64,000 nt of DNA from Eledone cirrhosa. Lineage: Eukaryota. The position numbers and the translations under genes were made by a program. Each line of letters begins with the position of its first letter. The stretch's first letter is position 1. Location: positions 5,456,001-5,520,000 of the forward strand of contig OZ024755.1 in the NCBI GenBank assembly GCA_964016885.1, in the 5' to 3' direction. A model generated the notes under the pieces. The model was not told the DNA's origin and made no database searches. It saw nothing but the letters and a program-made list of their open reading frames with translations. Below are positions 27,335 to 41,271 of this stretch, piece by piece.

Positions 27335-27944
27335 AGAGTTAAACAAGATTCAATGAATACATCAAAGAATGAGTTTTATTGATGCCATGTATTTCTTAAA
27401 ATATATTACTCAAACTCTCTCTATTGTTCGTATTACGTTTTCTCATGTTCTCAATATTAGAGTATAAATATTGAGTTTTGTCATACTGTGAAAATGCAAT
27501 AGTATATATAGAGTAATGTAAATGTTATGTGAGGTATTATGTGAGGTAAAGCCTTTATCATGAAAATATAATAGTATATATAGAGTAATGTGAATGCTAA
27601 AGGGTTAAACAACTGCAGGTGATGTTAGGTAAGAATAAGTTGCTATATCTAACAATCACAGACATGGTAAAGATCTTCAACAAAGGCCCACGCTCTGTAA
27701 GTAGTCCATCCACCCACCCATACAATACATACAGCCACCCATACATTACATACAGCCACCCATACAGCCATACATAAACATACCCTCAATATTAAAACAA
27801 GATGTGCAGAACATTAATAGATAAACATACACACACGCTTTATATATAAAAATGTTGTTTAAACGATAGTAAGCTATGTTTATATAATCTAAAAATGTGA
27901 TAGAGATAAGGAAAACTGTATAAACATATAAATACCATAGCCAC

Positions 27945-28045
<101 letters not shown>

Positions 28046-28202
28046 AGCTCCCTATATGTAAATGTATATACATCTATATTTCTATGTATGTATGTGTGTA
28101 TGTTTAGCTCCCTATATGTAAATGTATATACATCTATATTTTTATGTATGTATGTATGTATTATATATATATATACATATATATATATACGTATATATAT
28201 AT

Positions 28203-28238
<36 letters not shown>

Positions 28239-28552
28239 ATACACACACATATATATATACATATAATACACACACATATATATATACATATAATACACAC
28301 ACATATATATATACATATAATACACGCACATATATATTTACATATAATACACGCACATATATATATATAATACGCACACATATATATAATACGCACACAC
28401 ATATATATATATAATACGCACACATATATATATATAATACGCACACATATATATATATAATACGCACACATATATATATATAATACGCACACATATATAA
28501 TACGCACACATATATAATACGCACACATATATAAAACCCACACACATATATA

Positions 28553-28626
28553 TTAGTATTGTAAATATACATCACGTATGTTTGTGTGGTGGTAGTGTGG
28601 GTTTTAAATGGTGGTGGAGGGCTGCT

Positions 28627-28666
<40 letters not shown>

Positions 28667-28740
28667 AGCAGCCCTCCACCACCATTTAACACCCACACCA
28701 CCACCACACAAACATACGAGATGTATATTTACAATACTAA
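28553..28740. repeat. Inverted duplication (~78-bp arms) centred on (TA)n
   Basis: ttagtattgtaaatatacatc...gctgctgttt-(TA)n-aaacagcagc...gatgtatatttacaatactaa. Confidence 0.92.
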
Positions 28741-29299
28741 AGTGAGAAATAAGCACGCAAAGCTTTTATTGATAATTTCAGAGATCATATAATATATTTA
28801 ACACACTTAGTTATTTATTGGTGAACAGAAGGCTACAACAGCGCAAGTATATATAAAAATAATTAAACAAATAGACATAAAGTAAGAAAAGAGAGAAAAC
28901 AAGAAAATTAAATAAAGGGAAAGGGGGAAAGAGAGAGCGTGGGGGGGGGGGGGAGACTAACTCTTGGCTTGACCAGGGCTGAAATTAATGTGGGGGCAGG
29001 GCAAAAGGGGCAATTGCACCGGGACCCCTACAATTGCACAATCATCACCATCACCACCATAACCATCACCACCATCACCATCATCTCAGCCACTAGATAA
29101 TGGATAAAGTCTACTGCCAAAGAACACAGAACCAAAGGCCCAAATAAATTCAGCGAGGTGAGTAGAGTTAACCTCGGCGGGATTTGAACTCATAATAGGG
29201 TAGACAGAAGGAACATTGAAACATTTTAACACGACCTTTTTACGATAGCCATTAATTTTTTTTTTATCGATCAACATTTGCTTACAGAGTGGAATGGAA

Positions 29300-29685
29300 C
29301 TCGTCAAATTGGACCAAGGAAACAATGTTTCCATTGATCTTTCCATTGCTGATACTATCTACCAGTCACAACTCCTGGCAGAATGAGCAACTCTCAAATC
29401 GGACCAAGGAAACAATGTTTCCATTGGTCTTTCCATTGCTGATACTATCTACCAGTCACAACTCCTGGCAGAATGAGCAACTCTCAAATCGGACCAAGGA
29501 AACAATGTTTCCATTGGTCTTTCTATTGCTGATACTATCTACCAGTCACAACTCCTGGCAGAATGGGTTACATGAAATAAAATGTTTTGCTCAAGGACAT
29601 AACATATCTCCTGGCCCGGGAATTGAACACACCACCTCACGGTTGTGAATCCAAGTCTCTAACCACTGAGAAACCGTGTGCCTTC
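29300..29685 (-). mobile_element. tRNA-derived SINE family B with triplicated 90-bp tail
   Basis: Head at 29560-29685 (reverse complement of ...agtggttagag...ccttgagcaa); 90-bp unit repeated three times at 29305-29565. Confidence 0.85.
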
Positions 29686-30248
29686 ATTAGTTATTGTAAA
29701 AGCATAAAAGATATCGGTGTTGCACTTCTGAAAGCAGAATCGCTTTACTATTTTTACCAGCCGTCTTCAATGATGTAATGCACCGAATCAATAATTGAAT
29801 TTCCATTCCTATTTCAACTAAACAGGTTTGTAATAGAGAGAGAGAGACGTCAGTGGAAGATAAACAACAACAATAACATTGGAATGATAGCAGTAACAGA
29901 ACACATTCAACAGATACATAGAGTTTCATATACACACACTCACAATAGATACATAGGTTTACATATATACACACACACACTCACTCACAACAGATACATA
30001 GGTTTACATATACACACACACACAAACACCCACCCACCCACACAAACACACACATTAATACACACCCACCCACACAACACGCACACATTAATACACACCA
30101 ACACAAACACACACATATATAATTTGTTTCAGTAACATCTCCAAGATTTTAACTGTTTCATTCAGTTGAAAAACGTTTCTGGTGTTTTCAATCAAATTTT
30201 TATTACTTGAAATTAAATATATTTGAAATCTCCCGCCCCCGATATATA

Positions 30249-30345
30249 CAGGGTGTCCCCCAAAAATGTATACATACTTCAACAACATTCTAATAAATGT
30301 TGCTTGTACAGGTAATCAAAATGTGTATACATTTTTTGGGACACC

Positions 30346-30348
<3 letters not shown>
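30249..30348. mobile_element. Intact 100-bp Tc1/mariner-like MITE with TA TSD
   Basis: ta-CAGGGTGTCCC...GGGACACCCTG-ta. Confidence 0.9.
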
Positions 30349-30379
<31 letters not shown>

Positions 30380-30424
30380 TCATCATCATCTTCGTTTAAC
30401 GTCCATTTTCCACGCTAGCATGGG

Positions 30425-30462
<38 letters not shown>

Positions 30463-30505
30463 CAAAGGAAGTATGGTAAGGAACCAGTGCGTGTGTGTGT
30501 GTGTG

Positions 30506-30545
<40 letters not shown>

Positions 30546-30605
30546 TTTTAGAAATTGTTGGACTGGAATCATACAGGTTTTTCAATCATCAGCTGATGAT
30601 TGCCT

Positions 30606-30678
<73 letters not shown>

Positions 30679-31047
30679 ATAAGAGCATTACTGCCAGAAA
30701 CATGAAACCCATCTCTAGTTAAAGGATATATATGTGTGTGTATGTGTATATATATAAATACATACAGGGTGTTCCAAAAATATGTATACATACTTCTAAT
30801 CAAAGTGTGTATACATTTTTGGGGGAGACACTGTATATAAATATACAGAGAGTGAGTGTGCCAAAAAGTGTATACACACTTTGATTAGAATACTGTTGAA
30901 GTATGTATACATTTTTGGGGGACACCCTATATATATATATATCTTTTAATCTTAATGAACGCGAGAATGGGAACTCAATATTGCAATATCATAGTAGAGA
31001 TTAATAGTTCATTAAATTTGATCCAGTGGCCTTTTATTCTTTAATAT

Positions 31048-31096
<49 letters not shown>

Positions 31097-31642
31097 GAGA
31101 GAAAGGGGTAATGGTGGTGGTGGGTGGAGGGAGCTGGTTGTTTGTATGTATTCCATAGATGTCCTCATAATCATTATTTCTGTGATAGCCTCTGTAGTAG
31201 CAGTACTAGTAGAAGATTTAGTAGTATCACTGTCTTTGGAAAGCCTGTCTGATTGTCTAGCTGTGTGTGTCTGTGTGTGTGTATATATATACAGACACAT
31301 GTGTGTGTGTGAGACGCCTGATTGTCTAGCTATGTGTGTGTGTGAGTGTGTGTGATGTTTGATTTTCTAGCTATCTCTCTCTCTGTGTATAAAATTTAAA
31401 CATGAATACATTTAAATATTAAACACTATAAATATATTAGATGTAAATACTTTCATAGTAAACTCTCGTTATATATAATATATATATACACATTATATAT
31501 ATATATATATATACACATTATCTACCCTTTCCCCATCTCTCATATACACACACACATTGATATATATATGTATATATAGTGTCATAAACACACACATTGA
31601 GATATATATATATATATAAATCTATATATCTATATATATATC

Positions 31643-31733
<91 letters not shown>

Positions 31734-31735
<2 letters not shown>

Positions 31736-32065
31736 AGGCACATGGCTTAGTGGTTAGAGCATTGGCCTTGCAATCGAAAGGTTGTGAGTTCAATTCTCAG
31801 ACCGGGTGATGTGTTGTTTCCTTGAGCAAGACACTTTATTTCACATTGTTCCAGTTTACTCAGCTGTAGAAATGAGATGATAGGGACTAGGGTCCTTATC
31901 ATTCCACTGTAAAGTGGTCGTGCAGGTGCCACGGCAAAAAAAGTACCCAGCACTCACTGTAAATGAGGTTGGTGTTAGGAAGGGCATCCAGCTGTAGAAA
32001 TCAAGCCAGCATCAGTTCCCGTCCTACCCTTGCAAGCAGGGAAAAAGCGGACGTAAAATGAAAAA
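31734..32065 (+). mobile_element. tRNA-derived SINE B head followed by an RTE-tailed SINE segment
   Basis: A box TGGCTTAGTGG, B box GAGTTCAATTC, ccttgagcaagacact core; 3' ttggtgttaggaagggcatccagc...gcggacgtaaaatga tail. Confidence 0.85.
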
Positions 32066-32233
32066 TGAAATGAATATATATATCTGTGCGTGTGTGTGTA
32101 TATATATACATATATATATATCTGTGTGTGTATATATATATACATATTAGAATAAGTGTTTAAAATACATTAACTGAATGAGCACTCAATATGTGTAAGC
32201 ACAGTCCAGATTTTATTTTCTGAAGAAAAAATA

Positions 32234-32282
<49 letters not shown>

Positions 32283-32596
32283 AATATATACACACATACA
32301 TATATACATCTTCTTAAGTAGCATTGAGAAAATTGTAAGCTGCTACAATGTAGGTTAAACTGTAAAATAGTTGAACAAGTTGGACATCTAAATCCCTGAA
32401 AACAAAAGATAGTGGACTGGGTCACTGGTGGGAATTGAACTCACATCCGCTCCGACATACGGTTGATGTGAATTGGATTGCTGCAAGCCATTGTCAAACA
32501 TTTTCCTTCTTCAAGGGTTCATGGTTCATATGCTTAACCTGTTTAGTATTTTATAGTTCGTTATAGCCCCCCTCTCCCCTCTCCTTATATATATCA

Positions 32597-32925
32597 GCAT
32601 CATCATCATCATCATCGTTTAATGTCCATCTTCCACGCTTGCATGGGTTTGGATGGGAGTTTTCCCCACTTGAGGCAAGATTTGTTATCCTGCTCGTATA
32701 GGACTGTCTGGCGGGTTTTCTACGGCTGGATGCCCTTCCTAACACCAACCACATTTACATTATATATATATATAATGGTTTCTGATATAGGCACAAGGCC
32801 AGCAATTTTGGAGTAGGGGAAAATCGATTAAATTGACTCCAGTGCATGACTGGTACTTTATTTTATCAACCCTGTAAGGATAAAAGGCAAAGTTATCCAC
32901 GGCAGGATCTGAACTCAGATCATAG
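32597..32925 (-). mobile_element. RTE-tailed SINE fragment (32597-32760) and SINE A fragment (32774-32925)
   Basis: (cat)n gtttaatgtcc...ggatgcccttcctaacaccaacc; ggcacaaggccagcaatt. Confidence 0.8.
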
Positions 32926-33073
32926 AATATATGTACAATACTTGGTAAGATGCCGAGTGGGTATATATATATATATACATACATATATACACACTGAGAC
33001 AAAGTCATCGGATAGGACCGAAAATCTTCCATCGTTTTCCCACTCATTTGATATATATGGTTAGATGTAGAAG

Positions 33074-33161
<88 letters not shown>

Positions 33162-33465
33162 TGAGAGAGAGAGACACACATATATACATAGAAAGAGAGA
33201 GGGAGAGAGAGGGAGAGAGAGAACTAGCAAAAGAGTGAAAAAGAGAGCAGTGAAAGTAAAGCTTTCAATCAGCCGGTGGATTCGCACTAGTGGTTCCGAC
33301 GCCATATTTATTATGGTGGATCTCCGTTTATACGGATAATTAAGGAGTAGTGGAGCATAATTTATTCGTGTGTAACTATTTAACAGATGGCTTTTTTTCA
33401 TAAGGTTTTCAATAACATCAACATATCAATCCATCTTCCATTTTCACTCTCTTATTCATGTATAT

Positions 33466-33506
<41 letters not shown>

Positions 33507-33850
33507 CATGTTTATGTGTGCATATAAATGTGCCTGGATATACATATATATTTATGCATTTATATATATATATATATATATATAGATATATATGGTGTCC
33601 CCCCAAAAATGTGTATACACTTCAACAGCATTCTAATAAATATTGTCTGTACAGGTAATCAAAGTGTGTATACATTTTTGGGGACACTGTGTATATACAT
33701 GTTTATGTGTGCATATTATCTGCATGTATATGCCTATATATATATATATATGCCTATATATATATATATATGCCTATATATATATATATATATATGCCTA
33801 TATATATATATATATGACTATATATATATGACTATATATATATATATATG

Positions 33851-33896
<46 letters not shown>

Positions 33897-34015
33897 TATA
33901 TATATATATATGCCTATATATATATATGCCTATATATATTTACTTGATATACAAGAATCGGTGAAGGAAAAATTTAAATCAAGATGAAAAAATGATGATT
34001 TCTAACATAATGATA

Positions 34016-34064
<49 letters not shown>

Positions 34065-34889
34065 GGGGTGGGTGGGTGGTGATGATGATGGTGGAGATGA
34101 TGGTGATGGTGATGATATAATTTAGTCCACAGAAGATCTTAGCTTCATATTGATTGATTGGTTGGCTGGTTGATTGATTCTTTGCCAGTTTTAATTCAAA
34201 TCTAACGCGTCAATTAACGAGTATGTGGTTGAGTATTCCATAGATATGTGTCTTCTCCGTGACATATTTCACAAGCCGAATCAGCATGCCACAGTATATG
34301 AAAAGCCTGAACCTTTGAATTAACAAATACGATCCACCTGGTGGACTTCTGCACAGTTTCTGTCTGTCAAATGTCAGCCACATAGCAGGACCTTTGAATT
34401 AACAAATACAATGCACCTGACAGGCTTCTATATAGATTCAGTCTACCCAATTTTATTCCCAAGGCTTGAGTCGATCTGAGATTATTGTAAAGACTTTTGG
34501 TGAAATGCTACGAAGTGGGACATATGTATAAAGAAGTGTAGTATGTCTGGTGACAGAATCTGTGGTTGCGTAGCAATAATTGTACATCTAAATATATGTA
34601 TGTATGGACCCGTAACTCCTGATGGAGTCGTAGGGGCTCCCATATTGACATACAACATCGAGAAGCAAAGTTTTCAACCACTCAGTCATGTCTACATCCA
34701 TTGTGGTTCTAACAAACCAACAAGGTTTGGGAGATATGGAATAGTCAGTTACAACTAACTACAATATTTGACAACACTTCATTCCAGAACAATAGAAGAC
34801 AAAGTCTAGCCTGATGGAATATGACGGAACTGATGACGGGAAGTATTTTGTTCAATGTCTTGCCATCTCTGCTATACACCCCTCTGAAA

Positions 34890-35072
34890 TAATTGTTTCT
34901 ACTTTTGGCACCAGGCCAGCAATTATCCCAGTGCATTACTGGTACTTTATTTTATCGACCCCGTAAGGATGAAAGGCAAAGTTAACCTCGGCGGGATTTG
35001 AACTCAGATCATAAAGGGAGGTAACTATGCTTCAAAGCATGGCGTCCGACCCTCTACCGATACTGCCAATCC
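34890..35072 (-). mobile_element. Full-length SINE family A with TSD
   Basis: TSD cacccctctgaaataat at 34877-34893 and 35072-35088. Confidence 0.95.
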
Positions 35073-36130
35073 ACCCCTCTGAAATAATGAATGATGGTAA
35101 ACTAGATTTTTCAGTCTGTAGCATATTCTAGACCCTGGTCAATGATGGTTTTGTCAATTTGCGGCTCATTCTACTAATGAGGCGGGGATGCTGTGCTATT
35201 CTGGGCCCTTACTTAACCTTAATATCACTCGTTGCAGTACTGTATTTTAGCTTTTATGCCAGAACCTTTTAGATCGAAGTATCAATATTCCTCGTGACGC
35301 ACAGTTGAGTGTGTAGCTCTGAATTTGGGTTTTATAGTTTTGTTTCTTTTGTAAATCACAAACATTATATAAATTGTGTTTATATATGCAATAGACAGAA
35401 CAGAATATATTTACGACACTTTTTGGATGAAGAAAATGTTTAAAATATATTTCATTTTGTTGCTCAGGAAGTTAGGTTTAAACAGTAAATTTAATGAATA
35501 TTTACGTAGTTCACTCAAGAATTTGGTTATACTTTTCTTATATTTACCTATAACCGATTGTATACCTGATTATTGAAAGAAATTCACGTTTCTCTTCTTT
35601 ATAATTAACGAGGAGACACGTTCGGGTTGTCCCGGAAATATACTGATTGAAAATCTGGTCAAAAGTTCGGTTGCCAAACGTGTTCCGTGGTGAAATTGAT
35701 TTTTCATTCTCACAAAAATTCCACAAAGTAAACCAAACTATGATCTTTTCTTTATCCTCAGGGGAACCAGATTGAACTGATCTTTAATCTAAGATGTTCT
35801 AACCTTGATCAGTTATTTTTTCCATACATTCTGCCATCTAAGGCCTCAGTATTTAATGTCCTAACTAGGCTCTGAGGTAAACTTGTATTTTGATTCTTAA
35901 AAAATAAGTAAATTTGTTTTGAAACAGCAAGCAAGTTTGAAAATAGAAATAGAAGCTTGCGCCATAATTTTGACTAAAGAAATTTTAGCCTGATACATGT
36001 ACATCAATACTCATCTTTTTCCATTTCTTAGAGGGTTCTAAACCTCACTATCAGGCTAAATTTTCTTTAGTAAAAAATACAGCTAAAGCTATTTCTATTT
36101 AAAAAAAATAATTTAACATTTCCCCTTAAA

Positions 36131-36179
36131 AAATTGTTTTTCCATTCCTTGTTTTGTCCTCTCTTTCTTATTTTTCTTA

Positions 36180-36216
<37 letters not shown>

Positions 36217-36265
36217 ATTGAAAATAAAAAAAGAGAGGACAAGACAAGGAATGGAAAAACAATTT
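36131..36265. repeat. Inverted duplication (~45-bp arms) centred on (TA)n
   Basis: aaattgtttttccattccttg.tttgtcctctcttt ... aaagagaggacaagacaaggaatggaaaaacaattt. Confidence 0.85.
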
Positions 36266-36399
36266 ATATATATATATATATTAAACACATAAATATGATG
36301 ACAAGTTTTGTGGTGCTACGTGACTGTTTGGTCACTAAATTTACATCGAGATCACTGGTTGGTATTGTATCTTATAGCAGACGTTTGCAGACATACCAA

Positions 36400-37000
36400 T
36401 AACAAATAGTACTAACGACAGCGCCAACAGTAGCAGCTACAGCAGTAACAACAACAAAGTGTCTAGCTGCATTTCCTCTAGTTTCACCACCACCACCACT
36501 ACTACTACTACTACAATCAGTATCAATGTCACCACCACTCAACTACAACTACTACTAACACTACTACTACTACTATTACTACTATAATCAACAGCAACAC
36601 TATGACTTTGTTCTAACTACCACTGCCAACATTACTCAAATTAAACAGCACCATCATCATCATCATACTCCTCATAATCCAACTCATCATCATCACTAGC
36701 AACACTATTCGTCATCATCATCAGCTGTAATTTCATTACCACCACCACCACCATTCCTGAAACACCATCACCACTAATACTATAATGGTTATCATCACCA
36801 TCATCACCACCATCACCACCCATCATCATCATCACCACCACTATCACCACCACCAACATCACCACCACCATTATCATCACTGTCAAAACCACCATCATCA
36901 CTGTCATCACCACCATCATCACCACCACCCCATCATCATCATTACCACCACTATCACCCCACCCCCCATCACCACCACCACCATCATTGTTACTAATGCT
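36400..37000. repeat. CAC/CAT/TAC trinucleotide low-complexity region
   Basis: Direct reading; similar tracts at 39825-40640, 41080-41270, 41700-41820 and 46780-46960. Confidence 0.95.
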
Positions 37001-37206
37001 AGTCATATCAGAAAGCTGTATTAATGTTATTAAAATGTGAACTGATGTATGACAAATATGGAACAGACCAAACAACATATGTTAAAATGTTGCACAAGAA
37101 CCAAACTGAAATGTTTTACAATATGTAGTTTCATTGCTCCAGGTTCTGATATCAAATCCCACCAGAGTTGGTTTCTGTTTCATTTCTATTACACATACCA
37201 CAGATG

Positions 37207-37410
37207 TGAAGGCGTGTGGCTGAGTGGTTAGAGAATTGGATTCACAATCTTGAGGTTGTGAGTTTGATTCATGGACCGAGTGATACGTTATATCCTTGAG
37301 CAAGACACTTTATTTCACGTTGCTCCTTCTACCTGGAGTTGCGACCGATAGATAGTACTAGCAACTAGAAAGACCGATGAAATCATTGTTTCCTCGGTCC
37401 GATTTGATGA
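37207..37410 (+). mobile_element. SINE family B
   Basis: ggcgtgtggctgagtggttagag...ccttgagcaagacactttatttcac...cctcggtccgatttga. Confidence 0.85.
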
Positions 37411-38139
37411 AAGTCGATTGTTCCTTTTTTATACCACAGATATTGTAACACACAACTCTTATAAATAAATGGTTTTGGTTGGTTAATCTGTTCATGGATC
37501 AACCAACCAAAACCTTTTATTTTTTTAATTGAAATGTACAGCTAACACCTCTCTAGATTTATCTGGCTTCAGATAAGTTACACATCACAGAAAGCAAGAT
37601 TTTCATTTGCAACTCTTAGAAATGGTTTTAGTTGGTTCATCTGTTCAGAGTTCAACCAACCAAAACCCTTTTATTCTTGACACACAGACAGTTAGCCTGA
37701 TTTAATCTCATTCATGTTGGACAAGAGAAGGCAAGATTTTCATCCGAATTCACTCATCTGTTAATGTACCAAGAAAATAGAATGTAGAATCCACATTACA
37801 CCCTTGCAAGAACCAGGGCTGTAGTGAAGATAACCGAAAAAATAAACAAACAAAAATACCCCCTCCCCAAAAAAACCCAACAAAAACAGTGACAGAACGA
37901 ACAGAAAACCAACCTTCAAAGATTTTAATCATTATTATATTAACATTAACTCAAGTGATCGTAGCGCCCTCTACCATACCGAGTCATTCAAATAAGTGGT
38001 TAGAAAGACCGGAATGAAAACAAAAGTAAAATAAGACAAAACAAAGTTACAATTGTATCTTATATCTCATGTTATTTCGGGGGTTGAGGGCCGGTATCAA
38101 AAGAAAGTAAATGGAGTGAAGGTTATGATGGTCAGCTGG

Positions 38140-38730
38140 GTTAGTTTACCATGATATATCTATTAAAACGAGCACGACATACCTACTTTACTATGATATA
38201 TCTATTAAAACGAACACTACATGTCTAGTTTATCACGATATATCTATGAAAACGAGCGCCACATACCTAGTTTATTACGATATATCAATTAAAATGAACA
38301 CCACATACCTAGTTTATCACAATATATCTATTAAAACAAGTGCCACATGTCTAGTTTATCACAATATATCTATTAAAATGAGCACCACATGTCTAGTTTA
38401 TTACGACATACCCATTTAAACAAAAGCAGCATGCCCATGTTACCACAACAAAACAATTAAGACTAACAATATATGCCTGTTGTACCGCGATATATCCATC
38501 TTAACTTAACTCAATATCACAGTAGCGAAAATAGATTATATGAAAGATGAAAAACTTTGCAGATTATTCTCGAGTATTTGGTTGGGCCCTTCAAGAACAA
38601 TTAATTTGGTCTACCTTTCTCGAGTATTTGGTTGGCCCCTTCAAGAACAATTAATTTGGTCTACCCTTCTCGAGTATTTAGTTGGCCCCTTCATGAACAA
38701 TTAATTAGGTCTACCCTTCTCGAGTATTCT
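38140..38730. repeat. Two minisatellites (~42-bp unit at 38140-38410; ~49-bp unit at 38568-38730)
   Basis: atatctattaaaacgagcaccacatacctagtttatcacg; ctcgagtatttggttggcccttcaagaacaattaatttggtctacc. Confidence 0.85.
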
Positions 38731-39236
38731 CAAGTATTGACCAGCTCATCATTAAATGTTGGTTCAAGAACAATTAACTTGCTCTACCCAACAATAGTAA
38801 TTTACTATAATTATTTTAAAATATATAATTTCTTAATTAAGGCAGTAAGTCTAATTGAATATCAATTACATGTGTGAACTGTTATCCAAGAACACAGCAT
38901 TAGTGTAATCAGGTATGCAGTAGTTTAGTAATACTGCAGTATTGAATATATCGAACATAACTAAACATAATGATTTTTTAATTAGACAGGAAACTATGGA
39001 GTGGTTGTGGTGGTGGTGGGGGAAGTAAAATGTTGTGGAGGAGGAGGTTGAAGATATTATTAAAGCTGCATGGTTAAGAAGTTTGTTTCACAATCATGAG
39101 GTACAGGGATTGATCCTATAGTAGTCCTGGGTCAACTCAAGTACTGGGTGCAACACATACGTCTATCTATGCCAAGGTCAGTCTATATGTCAGTGTGATC
39201 TCTATTATTATATTAAGAGTACGGTGGGTTGGGGGG

Positions 39237-39422
39237 TGGATTGGCAGTATCGGTAGAGGGTCTGACACCATGCTTTCCAACATAGAGTTACGTCCCTTTA
39301 CGATCTGAGTTCAAATCCCGCCGAGGTTAACTTTGCCTTTCATCCTTACAGGGGTCGATAAAATAGTACCAGTAATGCACTGGGGTAATTGCTGGCCTTG
39401 TGCCAAAAATAGAAACAATTAT
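39237..39422 (+). mobile_element. Full-length SINE family A
   Basis: ggattggcagtatcggtagaggg...agaaacaatt. Confidence 0.92.
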
Positions 39423-39467
39423 ATTAATTCAAAATATTAACAAAATAGATATTCTTGTGATCAATTA

Positions 39468-39534
39468 TATTTTATTATACATATTTCAGAGGTACTGAGT
39501 TAAGTTCAACAGTACGTCCTCATCAGATAAAATA
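39468..39534 (-). ncRNA. Type I hammerhead ribozyme candidate with long stem II
   Basis: Minus strand UAUUUUAU-CUGAUGA-GGA(C)GUACUG[loop]CAGUAC(C)UCU-GAA-AUAUGUAU-A-AUAAAAUA: 8-bp stem I, 9-bp stem II, quasi-palindromic stem III, AUA triplet. Confidence 0.7.
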
Positions 39535-39632
39535 AAATGATACATGACATACCCTGACAATCTGTTGAGTGCTTCCAATCTATTGTAAAACTCATTCTTT
39601 GATGTATTCATTGAACCTTGTTTAACTCTTAA

Positions 39633-39689
<57 letters not shown>

Positions 39690-41271
39690 AAGACGCTACC
39701 ATCATCTCATAATTAAAACATTCCAGTGAGAGATGCCGGTTAAGAGAGGGTGTAATAAAGGAAAGTAAAGCAAGCAGCGATGACGGATTGTTTCAAAACT
39801 TTGTCTGGAGCTGCTGTCGTTGAGGTCTACCACCATCACCACTACTACTACTACTACTAGCACCACACACCCGCCAACATCACCACCAACACCACCATCA
39901 CTAATACTACTAGCACCACCACTACCACAACACCACCACACCAGCACCACCACAAACATCATCACTGTTACCATCGCCACTACGACAATACCACCACCAC
40001 TACAACAATACCAACACCACCACCACCACTACTACCAGAACATAACCACCATACCACCACCACCACTACTACAACCAGAACATAACCACCACCACCATCA
40101 CCACTATAACAACAACATTACATGGTGTACTAACACCACCCCCATCAGTACTCAAAACCAACACCAGCACTACCAAAAACAACAATCCCTACCATCCCCA
40201 CTACTACTACTACTACTACCACCACTACTACCACCACCACTACCACTACTCCCCCCCCACTACTACTACAAGAACCTTTATGGATTTTGTTTGTTCTTTC
40301 AATTATTTTCTTACAGGTGTTACTACTACTACTACTACTACTACTACTACAACCACCACTACTAATACAACTACTACTATACTACTAGTACTACTACTAA
40401 CATCAATAACCCCCAACATCACTTCAATTACTATCAACACCACTAATACCACCACCTACACTACCACCACCATCTACACTACCACCACCACCATCTACAC
40501 TACCACCACCACCATCTACACTACCACCACCACCACCACCACCTATACTACCTACACTACCACCATCACCACCACCTACACCACTACCCCTAAAACCACC
40601 ACCACCACCACCACTAAAACTACCACCACTACTACTACAATTTCTGTAAAACAGCTGCTACTATGTTGATGGTCACACAAACAACTACTGCCACCTGTTG
40701 TCAGTATCCTGTATTAAGTCTGCCATTTTGTTCTTTAGTTACAGTCATGAAATGGAACTACCCTTAGCAGCAGCAGCAATGGTAGCAGCAACAGCAGCAG
40801 TAGCAGTGGCAGCAGCAGCGTTAGGGCTTCCATCAGTGTTTCATTTGATGAGTGTTTCATTTATATTGGAACAGCCTGCTTAAGAAATAAACGTGCAAGT
40901 GGCTGAGCATTCCATAGACATGTGTACTCCGAATTACTGGTACGACTGAGTTGGCTGAAAACAACGTGAAATCAAGAGTCTTGCTCAAGGATGCAATGTG
41001 GCGCTGAGATTAGATCTCATGCCCTTACAATCGTGCACTGAACACCCTAACCATTAAGCCACGCAATTTCACTAATAACAACTGTTGCAGCAATAGCAGC
41101 AACAACAATAACAGCAACTACTGTTGCTGTTGTCATTGCAGTGAGTAGCAGCAATCACAGCAGCAACAGTAGATGCAGCGACAACAACAACAACAACAAC
41201 AACAGCTGTCATTGCAGTAAGTAGTAGTAGTAGTAGTAGTAGCAGCAACAATAACAAAAGCCACCAAAACA

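Noticed and set aside
31734-31810. tRNA gene
   Set aside because: A/B boxes continue into a SINE body, and the cloverleaf is imperfect.
32990-33045. CTGAGAC...GACCGAAA hammerhead-like motif
   Set aside because: Core lacks the N position, and stems I and III are absent.
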